64,000 nucleotides of DNA from Tubulanus polymorphus (Eukaryota; Animalia; Nemertea), in the NCBI RefSeq assembly GCF_964204645.1, contig NC_134036.1:6739304-6803303 (forward strand), read 5' to 3'. The notes under the pieces were generated by a model. That model made no database searches and was not told where the DNA came from. It was given only the letters and a program-made list of their open reading frames with translations. Positions 25,182-37,650 of the stretch are shown here, in pieces (within the stretch, counting starts at the first letter, position 1; every line of letters starts with the position of its first letter). The position numbers were made by a program, and so were the translations under genes.

Positions 25182-28100
25182 CTGACCGGGCCTTGATCAG
25201 CGTTACGACCCGGTGCAGTGAGGGAGGGAGGGAGGCAGTAGGTCGGTCGTCCATCCGTTCGTCAGTGTGCCGGCGGTGGTAGTTCGAAAAACGACTAAGT
25301 GCTGACCGGGCCTAGATCAGCGTTACGACTCGGTGCAGTGAGGGAGGGAGAGAGGCAGTAGGTCGGTCGTCCGTCCGGTCGTCAGTGTGCCGGCGGTGGT
25401 TGTTCGAAAAACGACTAAGTGCTGACCGGGCCTTGATCAGCGTTACGATCCGGTGCAGTGAGGGAGGGAGGGAGGCAGTAGGTCGGTCGTCCGTCCGTTC
25501 GTCAGTGTGCCGGCAGAGTTGGTTGTTCGAAAAACGACTAAGTGCTGACCGGGCCTTGATCAGCGTTACGACCCGGTGCAGTGAGAGAGGGAGGGAGGGA
25601 GGCAGTAGGTCGGTCGTCCATCCGTTCGTCAGTGTGCCGGCGGTGGTAGTTCAAAAAACGACTAAGTGCTGACCGGGCCTTGATCAGCGTTACGACCCGG
25701 TGCAGTGAGGGAGGGAGGGAGGCAGTAGGTCGGTCGTCCGTCCGTTCGCCAGTGTGCCGCTGGTGGTTGTTCGAAAAACGACTAAGTGCTGACCGGGCCT
25801 TGATCAGCGTTACGACCCGGAGCATTGAGGGAGGGAGGGAGGCAGTAGGTCGGTCGTCCGTCCGTTTGTCAGTGTGCCGGCAGTGATGGTTGTTCGAAAA
25901 ATGACTAAGGGCTGACCGGGCCTTGATCAGCGTTACGACCCGGCGCTGGTCAAGGGTGGGAGGGAGGGAGGTAGTAGGTCGGTCGTCCGTCCGTTCGTCA
26001 GTGTGCCGGCGGTGGTTGTTCGAAAAACGACTAAGTGCTGACCGGGCCTTAATCAGCGTTACGACCCGGCACCGGTCAGGGAGGGAGGGAGGGAGGCAGT
26101 AGGTCGGTCGTCCGTCCGTTCGTCAGTGTGCCGGCGGTGGTTTTTCGAAAAACGACTAAGTGCTGACCGGGCCTTGATCAGCGTTACGACCCGGAGCAGT
26201 GAGGGAGGGAGGGAGGCAGTAGGTCGGTCGTCCGTCCGTTTGTCAGTGTGCCGGCAGTGATGGTTGTTCGAAAAACGACTAAGGGCTGACCGGGCCTTAA
26301 TCAGCGTTACGACCCGGCGCTGGTCAGGGAGGGAGGGAGGGAGGCAGTAGGTCGGTCGTCCATCCGTTCGTCAGTGTGCCGGCGGTGGTTGTTCGAAAAA
26401 CGACTAAGTGCTAACCGGGCCATGATCAGCGTTACGACCCGGTGCTGTGAGGGAGGGAGGGAGGCACTAGGACAGTCGTCCGCCCGTTAGTCAGTGTGTC
26501 GGCGGTTGTTGTTCGAAAAACGACTAAGTGCTGACCGGGCCATGAACAGCGTTACGACCCGGCACCGGTCAGGAAGGGAGGGAGGGTGGCAGTAGGTCGG
26601 TCGTCCGTTCGTTGGTCAGTGTGCCGGCGGTGGTAGTTCGAAAAACGACTAAGTGCTGACCGGGCCTTGATCAGCGTTACGACCCGGAGCAGTGTGGGAG
26701 GGAGGGGGACAGTAGGTCGGTCGTCCGTCCGTTCGTCAGTGTGCCGGCAGAGTTGGTTGTTCGAAAAACGACTAAGTGCTGACCGGGCCTTGATCAGCGT
26801 TACGACCCGGTGCTGTGAGGGAGGGAGGGAGGCAGTAGGTCGGTCGTCCATCCGTTCGTCAGTGTGCCGGCGGTGGTTGTTCGAAAAACGACTAAGTGCT
26901 GACCGGGCCTTGATCAGCGTTACGACCCGGCGCAGTGAGGAAGGGAGGGAGGGAGGCAGTAGGTCGGTCGTCCATCCGTTCGTCAGTGTGCCGGCGGTGG
27001 TTGTTCGAAAAACGACTAAGTGCTGACCGGGCCTTGATCAGCGTTACGACCCGGTGCAGTGAGGGAGGGAGGGAGGCACTAGGACAGTCGTCCGCCCGTT
27101 AGTCAGTGTGTCGGCGGTTGTTGTTCGAAAAACGACTAAGTGCTGACCGGGCCATGAACAGCGTTACGACCCGGCACCGGTCAGGAAGGGAGGGAGGGTG
27201 GCAGTAGGTCGGTCGTCCGTCCGTTCGTCAGTGTGCCGGCGGTGGTTTTTCGAAAAACGACTAAGTGCTGACCGGGCCTTGATCAGCGTTACGACCCGGC
27301 ACCGGTCAGGGAGGGAGGGAGGCTGTAGGTCGGTCGTCCATCCGTTCGTCAGTGTGCCGGCGGTGGTAGTTCGAAAAACGACTAAGTGCTGACCGGGCCT
27401 TGATCAGCGTTACGACCCGGAGCAGTGAGGGAGGGAGGGAGGCAGTAGGTCGGTCGTCCATCCGTTCGTCAGTGTGCCGGCGGTGGTTGTTCGAAAAACG
27501 ACTAAGTGCTGACCGGGCCATGATCAGCGTTACGACCCGGTGCAGTGAGGGAGGGATGGAGGCACTAGGACAGTCGTCCGCCCGTTAGTCAGTGTGTCGG
27601 CGGTTGTTGTTCGAAAAACGACTAAGTGCTGACCGGGCCATGAACAGCGTTACGACCCGGCACCGGTCAGGAAGGGAGGGAGGGTGGCAGTAGGTCGGTC
27701 GTCCGTCCGTTCGTCAGTGTGCCGGCGGTGGTTGTTCGAAAAACGACTAAGTGCTGACCGGGCCTTAATCAGCGTTACGACCCGGCACCGGTCAGGAAGG
27801 GAGGGAGGGTGGCAGTAGGTCGGTCGTCCGTTCGTTGGTCAGTGTGCCGGCGCTGGTAGTTCGAAAAACGACTGAGTGCTGACCGGGCCTTGATCAGCGT
27901 TACGACCCGGAGCAGTGTGGGAGGGAGGGGGACAGTAGGTCGGTCGTCCGTCCGTTCGTCAGTGTGCCGGCAGAGTTGGTTGTTCGAAAAACGACTAAGT
28001 GCTGGCCGGGCCTTGATCAGCATTAGGACCCGGTGCTGTGAGGGAGGGAGGGAGGCAGTAGGTCGGTCGTCCATCCGTTCGTCAGTGTGCCGGCGGTGGT

Positions 28101-28912
28101 TGTTCGAAAAACGACTAAGTGCTGACCGGGCCTTGATCAGCGTTACGACCCGGTGCAGTGAGGGAGGGAGGGAGGCACTAGGACAGTCGTCCGCCCGTTA
28201 GTCAGTGTGTCGGCGGTTGTTGTTCGAAAAACGACTAAGTGCTGACCGGGCCTTGATCAGCGTTACGACCCGGTGCAGTGAGGGAGGGAGGGAGGCACTA
28301 GGACAGTCGTCCGCCCGTTAGTCAGTGTGTCGGCGGTTGTTGTTCGAAAAACGACTAAGTGCTGACCGGGCCATGAACAGCGTTACGACCCGGCACCGGT
28401 CAGGAAGGGAGGGAGGGTGGCAGTAGGTCGGTCGTCCGTCCGTTCGTCAGTGTGCCGGCGGTGGTTGTTCGAAAAACGACTAAGTGCTGACCGGGCCTTA
28501 ATCAGCGTTACGACCCGGCACCGGTCAGGAAGGGAGGGAGGGTGGTAGTAGGTCGGTCGTCCGTTCGTTGGTCAGTGTGCCGGCGGTGGTAGTTCGAACA
28601 ACGACTAAGTGCTGACCGGGCCTTGACCAGCGTTACGACCCGGAGCAGTGTGGGAGGGAGGGGGACAGTAGGTCGGTCGTCCGTCCGTTCGTCAGTGTGC
28701 CGGCAGAGTTGGTTGTTCGAAAAACGACTAATTGCTGACCGGGCCTTGATCAGCGTTAGGACCCGGTGCTGTGAGGGAGGGAGGGAGGCAGTAGGTCGGT
28801 CGTCCGTCCGTTTGTCAGTGTGCCGGCAGTGATTGTTGTTCGAAAAATGACTAAGGGCTGACCGGGCCTTGATCAGCGTTACGACCCGGCACTGGTCAGG
28901 GAGGGAGGGAGG
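25182..28912. repeat. ~3.7-kb copy of ~9870-13600 (offset 15312)
   Basis: ORFs 10073/25385, 12463/27775 and 13311/28623 are all offset by 15312, with the same markers. Confidence 0.88.
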
Positions 28913-29279
28913 GAGGCAGTAGGTCGGTCGTCCGTCCGTTTGTCAGTGTGCCGGCAGTGATGGTTGTTCGAAAAATGACTAAGGGCTGACCGGGCCTTGA
29001 TCAGCGTTACGACCCGGCGCTGGTCAGGGCGGGAGGGAGGGAGGCAGTAGGTCGGTCGTCCGTTCGTTGGTCAGTGTGCCGGCGCTGGTAGTTCGAAAAA
29101 CGACTGAGTGCTGACCGGGCCTTGATCAGCGTTACGACCCGGAGCAGTGTGGGAGGGAGGGGGACAGTAGGTCGGTCGTCCGTCCGTTCGTCAGTGTGCC
29201 GGCAGAGTTGGTTGTTCGAAAAACGACTAAGTGCTGGCCGGGCCTTGATCAGCATTAGGACCCGGTGCTGTGAGGGAGG

Positions 29280-32200
29280 GAGGGAGGCACTAGGACAGTC
29301 GTCCGCCCGTTAGTCAGTGTGTCGGCGGTTGTTGTTCGAAAAACGACTAAGTGCTGACCGGGCCATGAACAGCGTTACGACCCGGCACCGGTCAGGAAGG
29401 GAGGGAGGGTGGCAGTAGGTCGGTCGTCCGTTCGTTGGTCAGTGTGCCGGCGGTGGTAGTTCGAAAAACGACTAAGTGCTGACCGGGCCTTGATCAGCGT
29501 TACGACCCGGAGCATTGAGGGAGGGAGGGAGGCAGTAGGTCGGTCGTCCGTCCGTTTGTCAGTGTGCCGGCAGTGATGGTTGTTCGAAAAATGACTAAGG
29601 GCTGACCGGGCCTTGATCAGCGTTACGACCCGGCGCTGGTCAGGGCGGGAGGGAGGGAGGCAGTAGGTCGGTCGTCCATCCGTTCGTCAGTGTGCCGGCG
29701 GTGGTAGTTCGAAAAACGACTAAGTGCTGACCGGGCCTAGATCAGCGTTACGACTCGGTGCAGTGAGGGAGGGAGAGAGGCAGTAGGTCGGTCGTCCGTC
29801 CGGTCGTCAGTGTGCCGGCGGTGGTTGTTCGAAAAACGACTAAGTGCTGACCGGGCCTTGATCAGCGTTACGACCCGGTGCAGTGAGGGAGGGAGGGAGG
29901 CAGTAGGTCGGTCGTCCGTCCGTTCGTCAGTGTGCCGGCAGAGTTGGTTGTTCGAAAAACGACTAAGTGCTGACCGGGCCTTGATCAGCGTTACGACCCG
30001 GTGCAGTGAGAGAGGGAGGGAGGGAGGCAGTAGGTCGGTCGTCCATCCGTTCGTCAGTGTGCCGGCGGTGGTAGTTCGAAAAACGACTAAGTGCTGACCG
30101 GGCCTTGATCAGCGTTACGACCCGGTACAGTGAGGGAGGGAGGGAGGGGGGCAGTAGGTCGGTCGTCCATCCGTTCGTCAGTGTGCCGGCGGTGGTAGTT
30201 CAAAAAACGACTAAGTGCTGACCGGGCCTTGATCAGCGTTACGACCCGGAGCAGTGTGGGAGGGAGGGGGACAGTAGGTCGGTCGTCCGTCCGTTCGTCA
30301 GTGTGCCGGCAGAGTTGGTTGTTCGAAAAACAACTAAGTGCTGACCGGGCCTTGATCAGCGTTACGACCCGGAGCAGTGAGGGAGGGAGGGAGGCAGTAG
30401 GTCGGTCGTCCGTCCGTTCGCCAGTGTGCCGCTGGTGGTTGTTCGAAAAACGACTAAGTGCTGACCGGGCCTTGATCAACGTTACGACCCGGTGCAGTGA
30501 GGGAGGGAGGGAGGCACTAGGACAGTCGTCCGCCCGTTAGTCAGTGTGTCGGCGGTTGTTGTTCGAAAAACGACTTGATCAGCGTTACGACCCGGTGCAG
30601 TGAGGGCGGGAGGGAGGCAGTAGGTCGGTCGTCCGTCCGTTCGCCAGTGTGCCGCTGGTGGTTGTTCGAAAAACGACTAAGTGCTGACCGGGCCTTGATC
30701 AGCGTTACAACCCGGAGCAGTGAGGGAGGGTGGGAGGCAGTAGGTCGGTCGTCCGTCCGTTCGCCAGTGTGCCGCTGGTGGTTGTTCGAAAAACGACTAA
30801 GTGCTGACCGGGCCTTGATCAGCGTTACGACCCGGTGCAGTGAGGGAGGGAGGGAGGCACTAGGACAGTCGTCCGCCCGTTAGTCAGTGTGTCGGCGGTT
30901 GTTGTTCGAAAAACGACTAAGTGCTGACCGGTCCATGAACAGCGTTACGACCCGGCACCGGTCAGGAAGGGAGGAAGGGTGGCAGTAGGTCGGTCATCCG
31001 TTCGTTGGTCAGTGTGCCGGCGGTGGTTGTTCAAAAATCGACTAAGTGCTGACCGGGCCTTGATCAGCGTTACGACCCGGAGCATTGAGGGAGGGAGGGA
31101 GGCAGTAGGTCGGTCGTCCGTCCGTTTGTCAGTAAGCCGGCAGTGATGGTTGTTCGAAAAACGACTAAGGGCTGACCGGGCCTTAATCAGCGTTACGACC
31201 CGGCGCTGGTCAGGGAGGGAGGGAGGGAGGCAGTAGGTCGGTCGTCCATCCGTTCGTCAGTGTGCCGGCGGTGGTAGTTCGAAAAACGACTAAGTGCTGA
31301 CCGGGCCTTGATCAGCGTTACGACCCTGTGCAGTGAGGGAGGGAGGGAGGCAGTAGGTCAGTCGTCCGTCCGTTCGTCAGTGTGCCGGCAGAGTTGGTTG
31401 TTCGAAAAACGACTAAGTGCTGACCGGGCCTTGATCAGCGTTACGACCCGGTGCAGTGAGGGAGGGAGGGAGGGAGGCAGTAGGTCGGTCGTCCATCCGT
31501 TCGTCAGTGTGCCGGCGGTGGTAGTTCGAAAAACGACTAAGTGCTGACCGGGCCTTGATCAGCGTTACGACCCGGTGCAGTGAGGGAGGGAGGGAGGGAG
31601 GCAGTAGGTCGGTCGTCCATCCGTTCGTCAGTGTGCCGGCGGTGGTTGTTCGAAAAACGACTAAGTGCTGACCGGGCCTTGATCAGCGTTACGACCCGGT
31701 GCAGTGAGGGAGGGAGGGAGGCAGTAGGTCGGTCGTCCGTCCGTTCGTCAGTGTGCCGGCGGTGGTAGTTCGAAAAACGACTAAGTGCTGACCGGGCCAT
31801 GAACAGCGTTACGACCGGGCACCGGTCAGGAAGGGAGGGAGGTCGGCAGTAGGTCGGTCGTCCGTTCGTTCGTCAGTGTGCCGGCGGTGGTAGTTCGAAT
31901 AACGACTAAGTGCTGATCGGGCCTTGATCAGCGTTACGACCCGGCACCGGTCAGGGAGGGAGGGAGGGAGGCAGTAGGTCGGTCGTCCGTCCGTTCGTCA
32001 TTGTGCCGGCGGTGGTAGTTCGAAAAACGACTAAGTGCTGACCGGGCCTTGATCAGCGTTACGACCCGGAGCATTGAGGGAGGGAGGGTGGCAGTAGGTC
32101 GGTCGTCCGTCCGTTTGTCAGTGTGCCGGCAGTGATGGTTGTTCGAAAAATGACTAAGGGCTGACCGGGCCTTGATCAGCGTTACGACCCGGCGCTGGTC

Positions 32201-35065
32201 AGGGCGGGAGGGAGGGAGGCAGTAGGTCGGTCGTCCATCCGTTCGTCAGTGTGCCGGCGGTGGTAGTTCGAAAAACGACTAAGTGCTGACCGGGCCTAGA
32301 TCAGCGTTACGACTCGGTGCAGTGAGGGAGGGAGAGAGGCAGTAGGTCGGTCGTCCGTCCGGTCGTCAGTGTGCCGGCGGTGGTTGTTCGAAAAACGACT
32401 AAGTGCTGACCGGGCCTTGATCAGCGTTACGACCCGGTGCAGTGAGGGAGGGAGGGAGGCAGTAGGTCGGTCGTCCGTCCGTTCGTCAGTGTGCCGGCAG
32501 AGTTGGTTGTTCGAAAAACGACTAAGTGCTGACCGGGCCTTGATCAGCGTTACGACCCGGTGCAGTGAGAGAGGGAGGGAGGGAGGCAGTAGGTCGGTCG
32601 TCCATCCGTTCGTCAGTGTGCCGGCGGTGGTAGTTCGAAAAACGACTAAGTGCTGACCGGGCCTTGATCAGCGTTACGACCCGGTGCAGTGAGGGAGGGA
32701 GGGAGGCAGTAGGTCGGTCGTCCATCCGTTCGTCAGTGTGCCGGCGGTGGTAGTTCGAAAAACGACTAAGTGCTGACCGGGCCTAGATCAGCGTTACGAC
32801 TCGGTGCAGTGAGGGAGGGAGAGAGGCAGTAGGTCGGTCGTCCGTCCGGTCGTCAGTGTGCCGGCGGTGGTTGTTCGAAAAACGACTAAGTGCTGACCGG
32901 GCCTTGATCAGCGTTACGATCCGGTGCAGTGAGGGAGGGAGGGAGGCAGTAGGTCGGTCGTCCGTCCGTTCGTCAGTGTGCCGGCAGAGTTGGTTGTTCG
33001 AAAAACGACTAAGTGCTGACCGGGCCTTGATCAGCGTTACGACCCGGTGCAGTGAGAGAGGGAGGGAGGGAGGCAGTAGGTCGGTCGTCCATCCGTTCGT
33101 CAGTGTGCCGGCGGTGGTAGTTCAAAAAACGACTAAGTGCTGACCGGGCCTTGATCAGCGTTACGACCCGGTGCAGTGAGGGAGGGAGGGAGGCAGTAGG
33201 TCGGTCGTCCGTCCGTTCGCCAGTGTGCCGCTGGTGGTTGTTCGAAAAACGACTAAGTGCTGACCGGGCCTTGATCAGCGTTACGACCCGGAGCATTGAG
33301 GGAGGGAGGGAGGCAGTAGGTCGGTCGTCCGTCCGTTTGTCAGTGTGCCGGCAGTGATGGTTGTTCGAAAAATGACTAAGGGCTGACCGGGCCTTGATCA
33401 GCGTTACGACCCGGCGCTGGTCAAGGGTGGGAGGGAGGGAGGTAGTAGGTCGGTCGTCCGTCCGTTCGTCAGTGTGCCGGCGGTGGTTGTTCGAAAAACG
33501 ACTAAGTGCTGACCGGGCCTTAATCAGCGTTACGACCCGGCACCGGTCAGGGAGGGAGGGAGGGAGGCAGTAGGTCGGTCGTCCGTCCGTTCGTCAGTGT
33601 GCCGGCGGTGGTTTTTCGAAAAACGACTAAGTGCTGACCGGGCCTTGATCAGCGTTACGACCCGGAGCAGTGAGGGAGGGAGGGAGGCAGTAGGTCGGTC
33701 GTCCGTCCGTTTGTCAGTGTGCCGGCAGTGATGGTTGTTCGAAAAACGACTAAGGGCTGACCGGGCCTTAATCAGCGTTACGACCCGGCGCTGGTCAGGG
33801 AGGGAGGGAGGGAGGCAGTAGGTCGGTCGTCCATCCGTTCGTCAGTGTGCCGGCGGTGGTTGTTCGAAAAACGACTAAGTGCTAACCGGGCCATGATCAG
33901 CGTTACGACCCGGTGCTGTGAGGGAGGGAGGGAGGCACTAGGACAGTCGTCCGCCCGTTAGTCAGTGTGTCGGCGGTTGTTGTTCGAAAAACGACTAAGT
34001 GCTGACCGGGCCATGAACAGCGTTACGACCCGGCACCGGTCAGGAAGGGAGGGAGGGTGGCAGTAGGTCGGTCGTCCGTTCGTTGGTCAGTGTGCCGGCG
34101 GTGGTAGTTCGAAAAACGACTAAGTGCTGACCGGGCCTTGATCAGCGTTACGACCCGGAGCAGTGTGGGAGGGAGGGGGACAGTAGGTCGGTCGTCCGTC
34201 CGTTCGTCAGTGTGCCGGCAGAGTTGGTTGTTCGAAAAACGACTAAGTGCTGACCGGGCCTTGATCAGCGTTACGACCCGGTGCTGTGAGGGAGGGAGGG
34301 AGGCAGTAGGTCGGTCGTCCATCCGTTCGTCAGTGTGCCGGCGGTGGTTGTTCGAAAAACGACTAAGTGCTGACCGGGCCTTGATCAGCGTTACGACCCG
34401 GCGCAGTGAGGAAGGGAGGGAGGGAGGCAGTAGGTCGGTCGTCCATCCGTTCGTCAGTGTGCCGGCGGTGGTTGTTCGAAAAACGACTAAGTGCTGACCG
34501 GGCCTTGATCAGCGTTACGACCCGGTGCAGTGAGGGAGGGAGGGAGGCACTAGGACAGTCGTCCGCCCGTTAGTCAGTGTGTCGGCGGTTGTTGTTCGAA
34601 AAACGACTAAGTGCTGACCGGGCCATGAACAGCGTTACGACCCGGCACCGGTCAGGAAGGGAGGGAGGGTGGCAGTAGGTCGGTCGTCCGTCCGTTCGTC
34701 AGTGTGCCGGCGGTGGTTTTTCGAAAAACGACTAAGTGCTGACCGGGCCTTGATCAGCGTTACGACCCGGCACCGGTCAGGGAGGGAGGGAGGCTGTAGG
34801 TCGGTCGTCCATCCGTTCGTCAGTGTGCCGGCGGTGGTAGTTCGAAAAACGACTAAGTGCTGACCGGGCCTTGATCAGCGTTACGACCCGGAGCAGTGAG
34901 GGAGGGAGGGAGGCAGTAGGTCGGTCGTCCATCCGTTCGTCAGTGTGCCGGCGGTGGTTGTTCGAAAAACGACTAAGTGCTGACCGGGCCATGATCAGCG
35001 TTACGACCCGGTGCAGTGAGGGAGGGATGGAGGCACTAGGACAGTCGTCCGCCCGTTAGTCAGTG
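29280..35065. repeat. Third copy of the large block (~14330-21590) with an internal 1475-bp (12-monomer) deletion near 31025
   Basis: Offset 14949 (14861/29810, 15626/30575) changes to 13474 (17834/31308, 21397/34871). Confidence 0.88.
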
Positions 35066-37650
35066 TGCCGGCGGTGGTAGTTCAAAAAACGACTAAGTGC
35101 TGACCGGGCCTTGATCAGCGTTACGACCCGGTGCAGTGAGGGAGGGAGGGAGGCAGTAGGTCGGTCGTCCGTCCGTTCGCCAGTGTGCCGCTGGTGGTTG
35201 TTCGAAAAACGACTAAGTGCTGACCGGGCCTTGATCAGCGTTACGACCCGGAGCATTGAGGGAGGGAGGGAGGCAGTAGGTCGGTCGTCCGTCCGTTTGT
35301 CAGTGTGCCGGCAGTGATGGTTGTTCGAAAAATGACTAAGGGCTGACCGGGCCTTGATCAGCGTTACGACCCGGCGCTGGTCAAGGGTGGGAGGGAGGGA
35401 GGTAGTAGGTCGGTCGTCCGTCCGTTCGTCAGTGTGCCGGCGGTGGTTGTTCGAAAAACGACTAAGTGCTGACCGGGCCTTAATCAGCGTTACGACCCGG
35501 CACCGGTCAGGGAGGGAGGGAGGGAGGCAGTAGGTCGGTCGTCCGTCCGTTCGTCAGTGTGCCGGCGGTGGTTTTTCGAAAAACGACTAAGTGCTGACCG
35601 GGCCTTGATCAGCGTTACGACCCGGAGCAGTGAGGGAGGGAGGGAGGCAGTAGGTCGGTCGTCCGTCCGTTTGTCAGTGTGCCGGCAGTGATGGTTGTTC
35701 GAAAAACGACTAAGGGCTGACCGGGCCTTAATCAGCGTTACGACCCGGCGCTGGTCAGGGAGGGAGGGAGGGAGGCAGTAGGTCGGTCGTCCATCCGTTC
35801 GTCAGTGTGCCGGCGGTGGTTGTTCGAAAAACGACTAAGTGCTAACCGGGCCATGATCAGCGTTACGACCCGGTGCTGTGAGGGAGGGAGGGAGGCACTA
35901 GGACAGTCGTCCGCCCGTTAGTCAGTGTGTCGGCGGTTGTTGTTCGAAAAACGACTAAGTGCTGACCGGGCCATGAACAGCGTTACGACCCGGCACCGGT
36001 CAGGAAGGGAGGGAGGGTGGCAGTAGGTCGGTCGTCCGTTCGTTGGTCAGTGTGCCGGCGGTGGTAGTTCGAAAAACGACTAAGTGCTGACCGGGCCTTG
36101 ATCAGCGTTACGACCCGGAGCAGTGTGGGAGGGAGGGGGACAGTAGGTCGGTCGTCCGTCCGTTCGTCAGTGTGCCGGCAGAGTTGGTTGTTCGAAAAAC
36201 GACTAAGTGCTGACCGGGCCTTGATCAGCGTTACGACCCGGTGCTGTGAGGGAGGGAGGGAGGCAGTAGGTCGGTCGTCCATCCGTTCGTCAGTGTGCCG
36301 GCGGTGGTTGTTCGAAAAACGACTAAGTGCTGACCGGGCCATGATCAGCGTTACGACCCGGTGCAGTGAGGGAGGGATGGAGGCACTAGGACAGTCGTCC
36401 GCCCGTTAGTCAGTGTGCCGGCGGTGGTAGTTCAAAAAACGACTAAGTGCTGACCGGGCCTTGATCAGCGTTACGACCCGGTGCAGTGAGGGAGGGAGGG
36501 AGGCAGTAGGTCGGTCGTCCGTCCGTTCGCCAGTGTGCCGCTGGTGGTTGTTCGAAAAACGACTAAGTGCTGACCGGGCCTTGATCAGCGTTACGACCCG
36601 GAGCATTGAGGGAGGGAGGGAGGCAGTAGGTCGGTCGTCCGTCCGTTTGTCAGTGTGCCGGCAGTGATGGTTGTTCGAAAAATGACTAAGGGCTGACCGG
36701 GCCTTGATCAGCGTTACGACCCGGCGCTGGTCAAGGGTGGGAGGGAGGGAGGTAGTAGGTCGGTCGTCCGTCCGTTCGTCAGTGTGCCGGCGGTGGTTGT
36801 TCGAAAAACGACTAAGTGCTGACCGGGCCTTAATCAGCGTTACGACCCGGCACCGGTCAGGGAGGGAGGGAGGGAGGCAGTAGGTCGGTCGTCCGTCCGT
36901 TCGTCAGTGTGCCGGCGGTGGTTTTTCGAAAAACGACTAAGTGCTGACCGGGCCTTGATCAGCGTTACGACCCGGAGCAGTGAGGGAGGGAGGGAGGCAG
37001 TAGGTCGGTCGTCCGTCCGTTTGTCAGTGTGCCGGCAGTGATGGTTGTTCGAAAAACGACTAAGGGCTGACCGGGCCTTAATCAGCGTTACGACCCGGCG
37101 CTGGTCAGGGAGGGAGGGAGGGAGGCAGTAGGTCGGTCGTCCATCCGTTCGTCAGTGTGCCGGCGGTGGTTGTTCGAAAAACGACTAAGTGCTAACCGGG
37201 CCATGATCAGCGTTACGACCCGGTGCTGTGAGGGAGGGAGGGAGGCACTAGGACAGTCGTCCGCCCGTTAGTCAGTGTGTCGGCGGTTGTTGTTCGAAAA
37301 ACGACTAAGTGCTGACCGGGCCATGAACAGCGTTACGACCCGGCACCGGTCAGGAAGGGAGGGAGGGTGGCAGTAGGTCGGTCGTCCGTTCGTTCGTCAG
37401 TGTGCCGGCGGTGGTAGTTCGAAAAACGACTAAGTGCTGACCGGGCCTTGATCAGCGTTACGACCCGGAGCAGTGTGGGAGGGAGGGGGACAGTAGGTCG
37501 GTCGTCCGTCCGTTCGTCAGTGTGCCGGCAGAGTTGGTTGTTCGAAAAACGACTAAGTGCTGACCGGGCCTTGATCAGCGTTACGACCCGGTGCTGTGAG
37601 GGAGGGAGGGAGGCAGTAGGTCGGTCGTCCATCCGTTCGTCAGTGTGCCG
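34930..37650. repeat. Tandem duplication with 1350-bp (11-monomer) period
   Basis: ORFs 35056/36406, 35111/36461, 35983/37333. GTTTTTCGAAAAAC at 35571 and 36921. Confidence 0.9.
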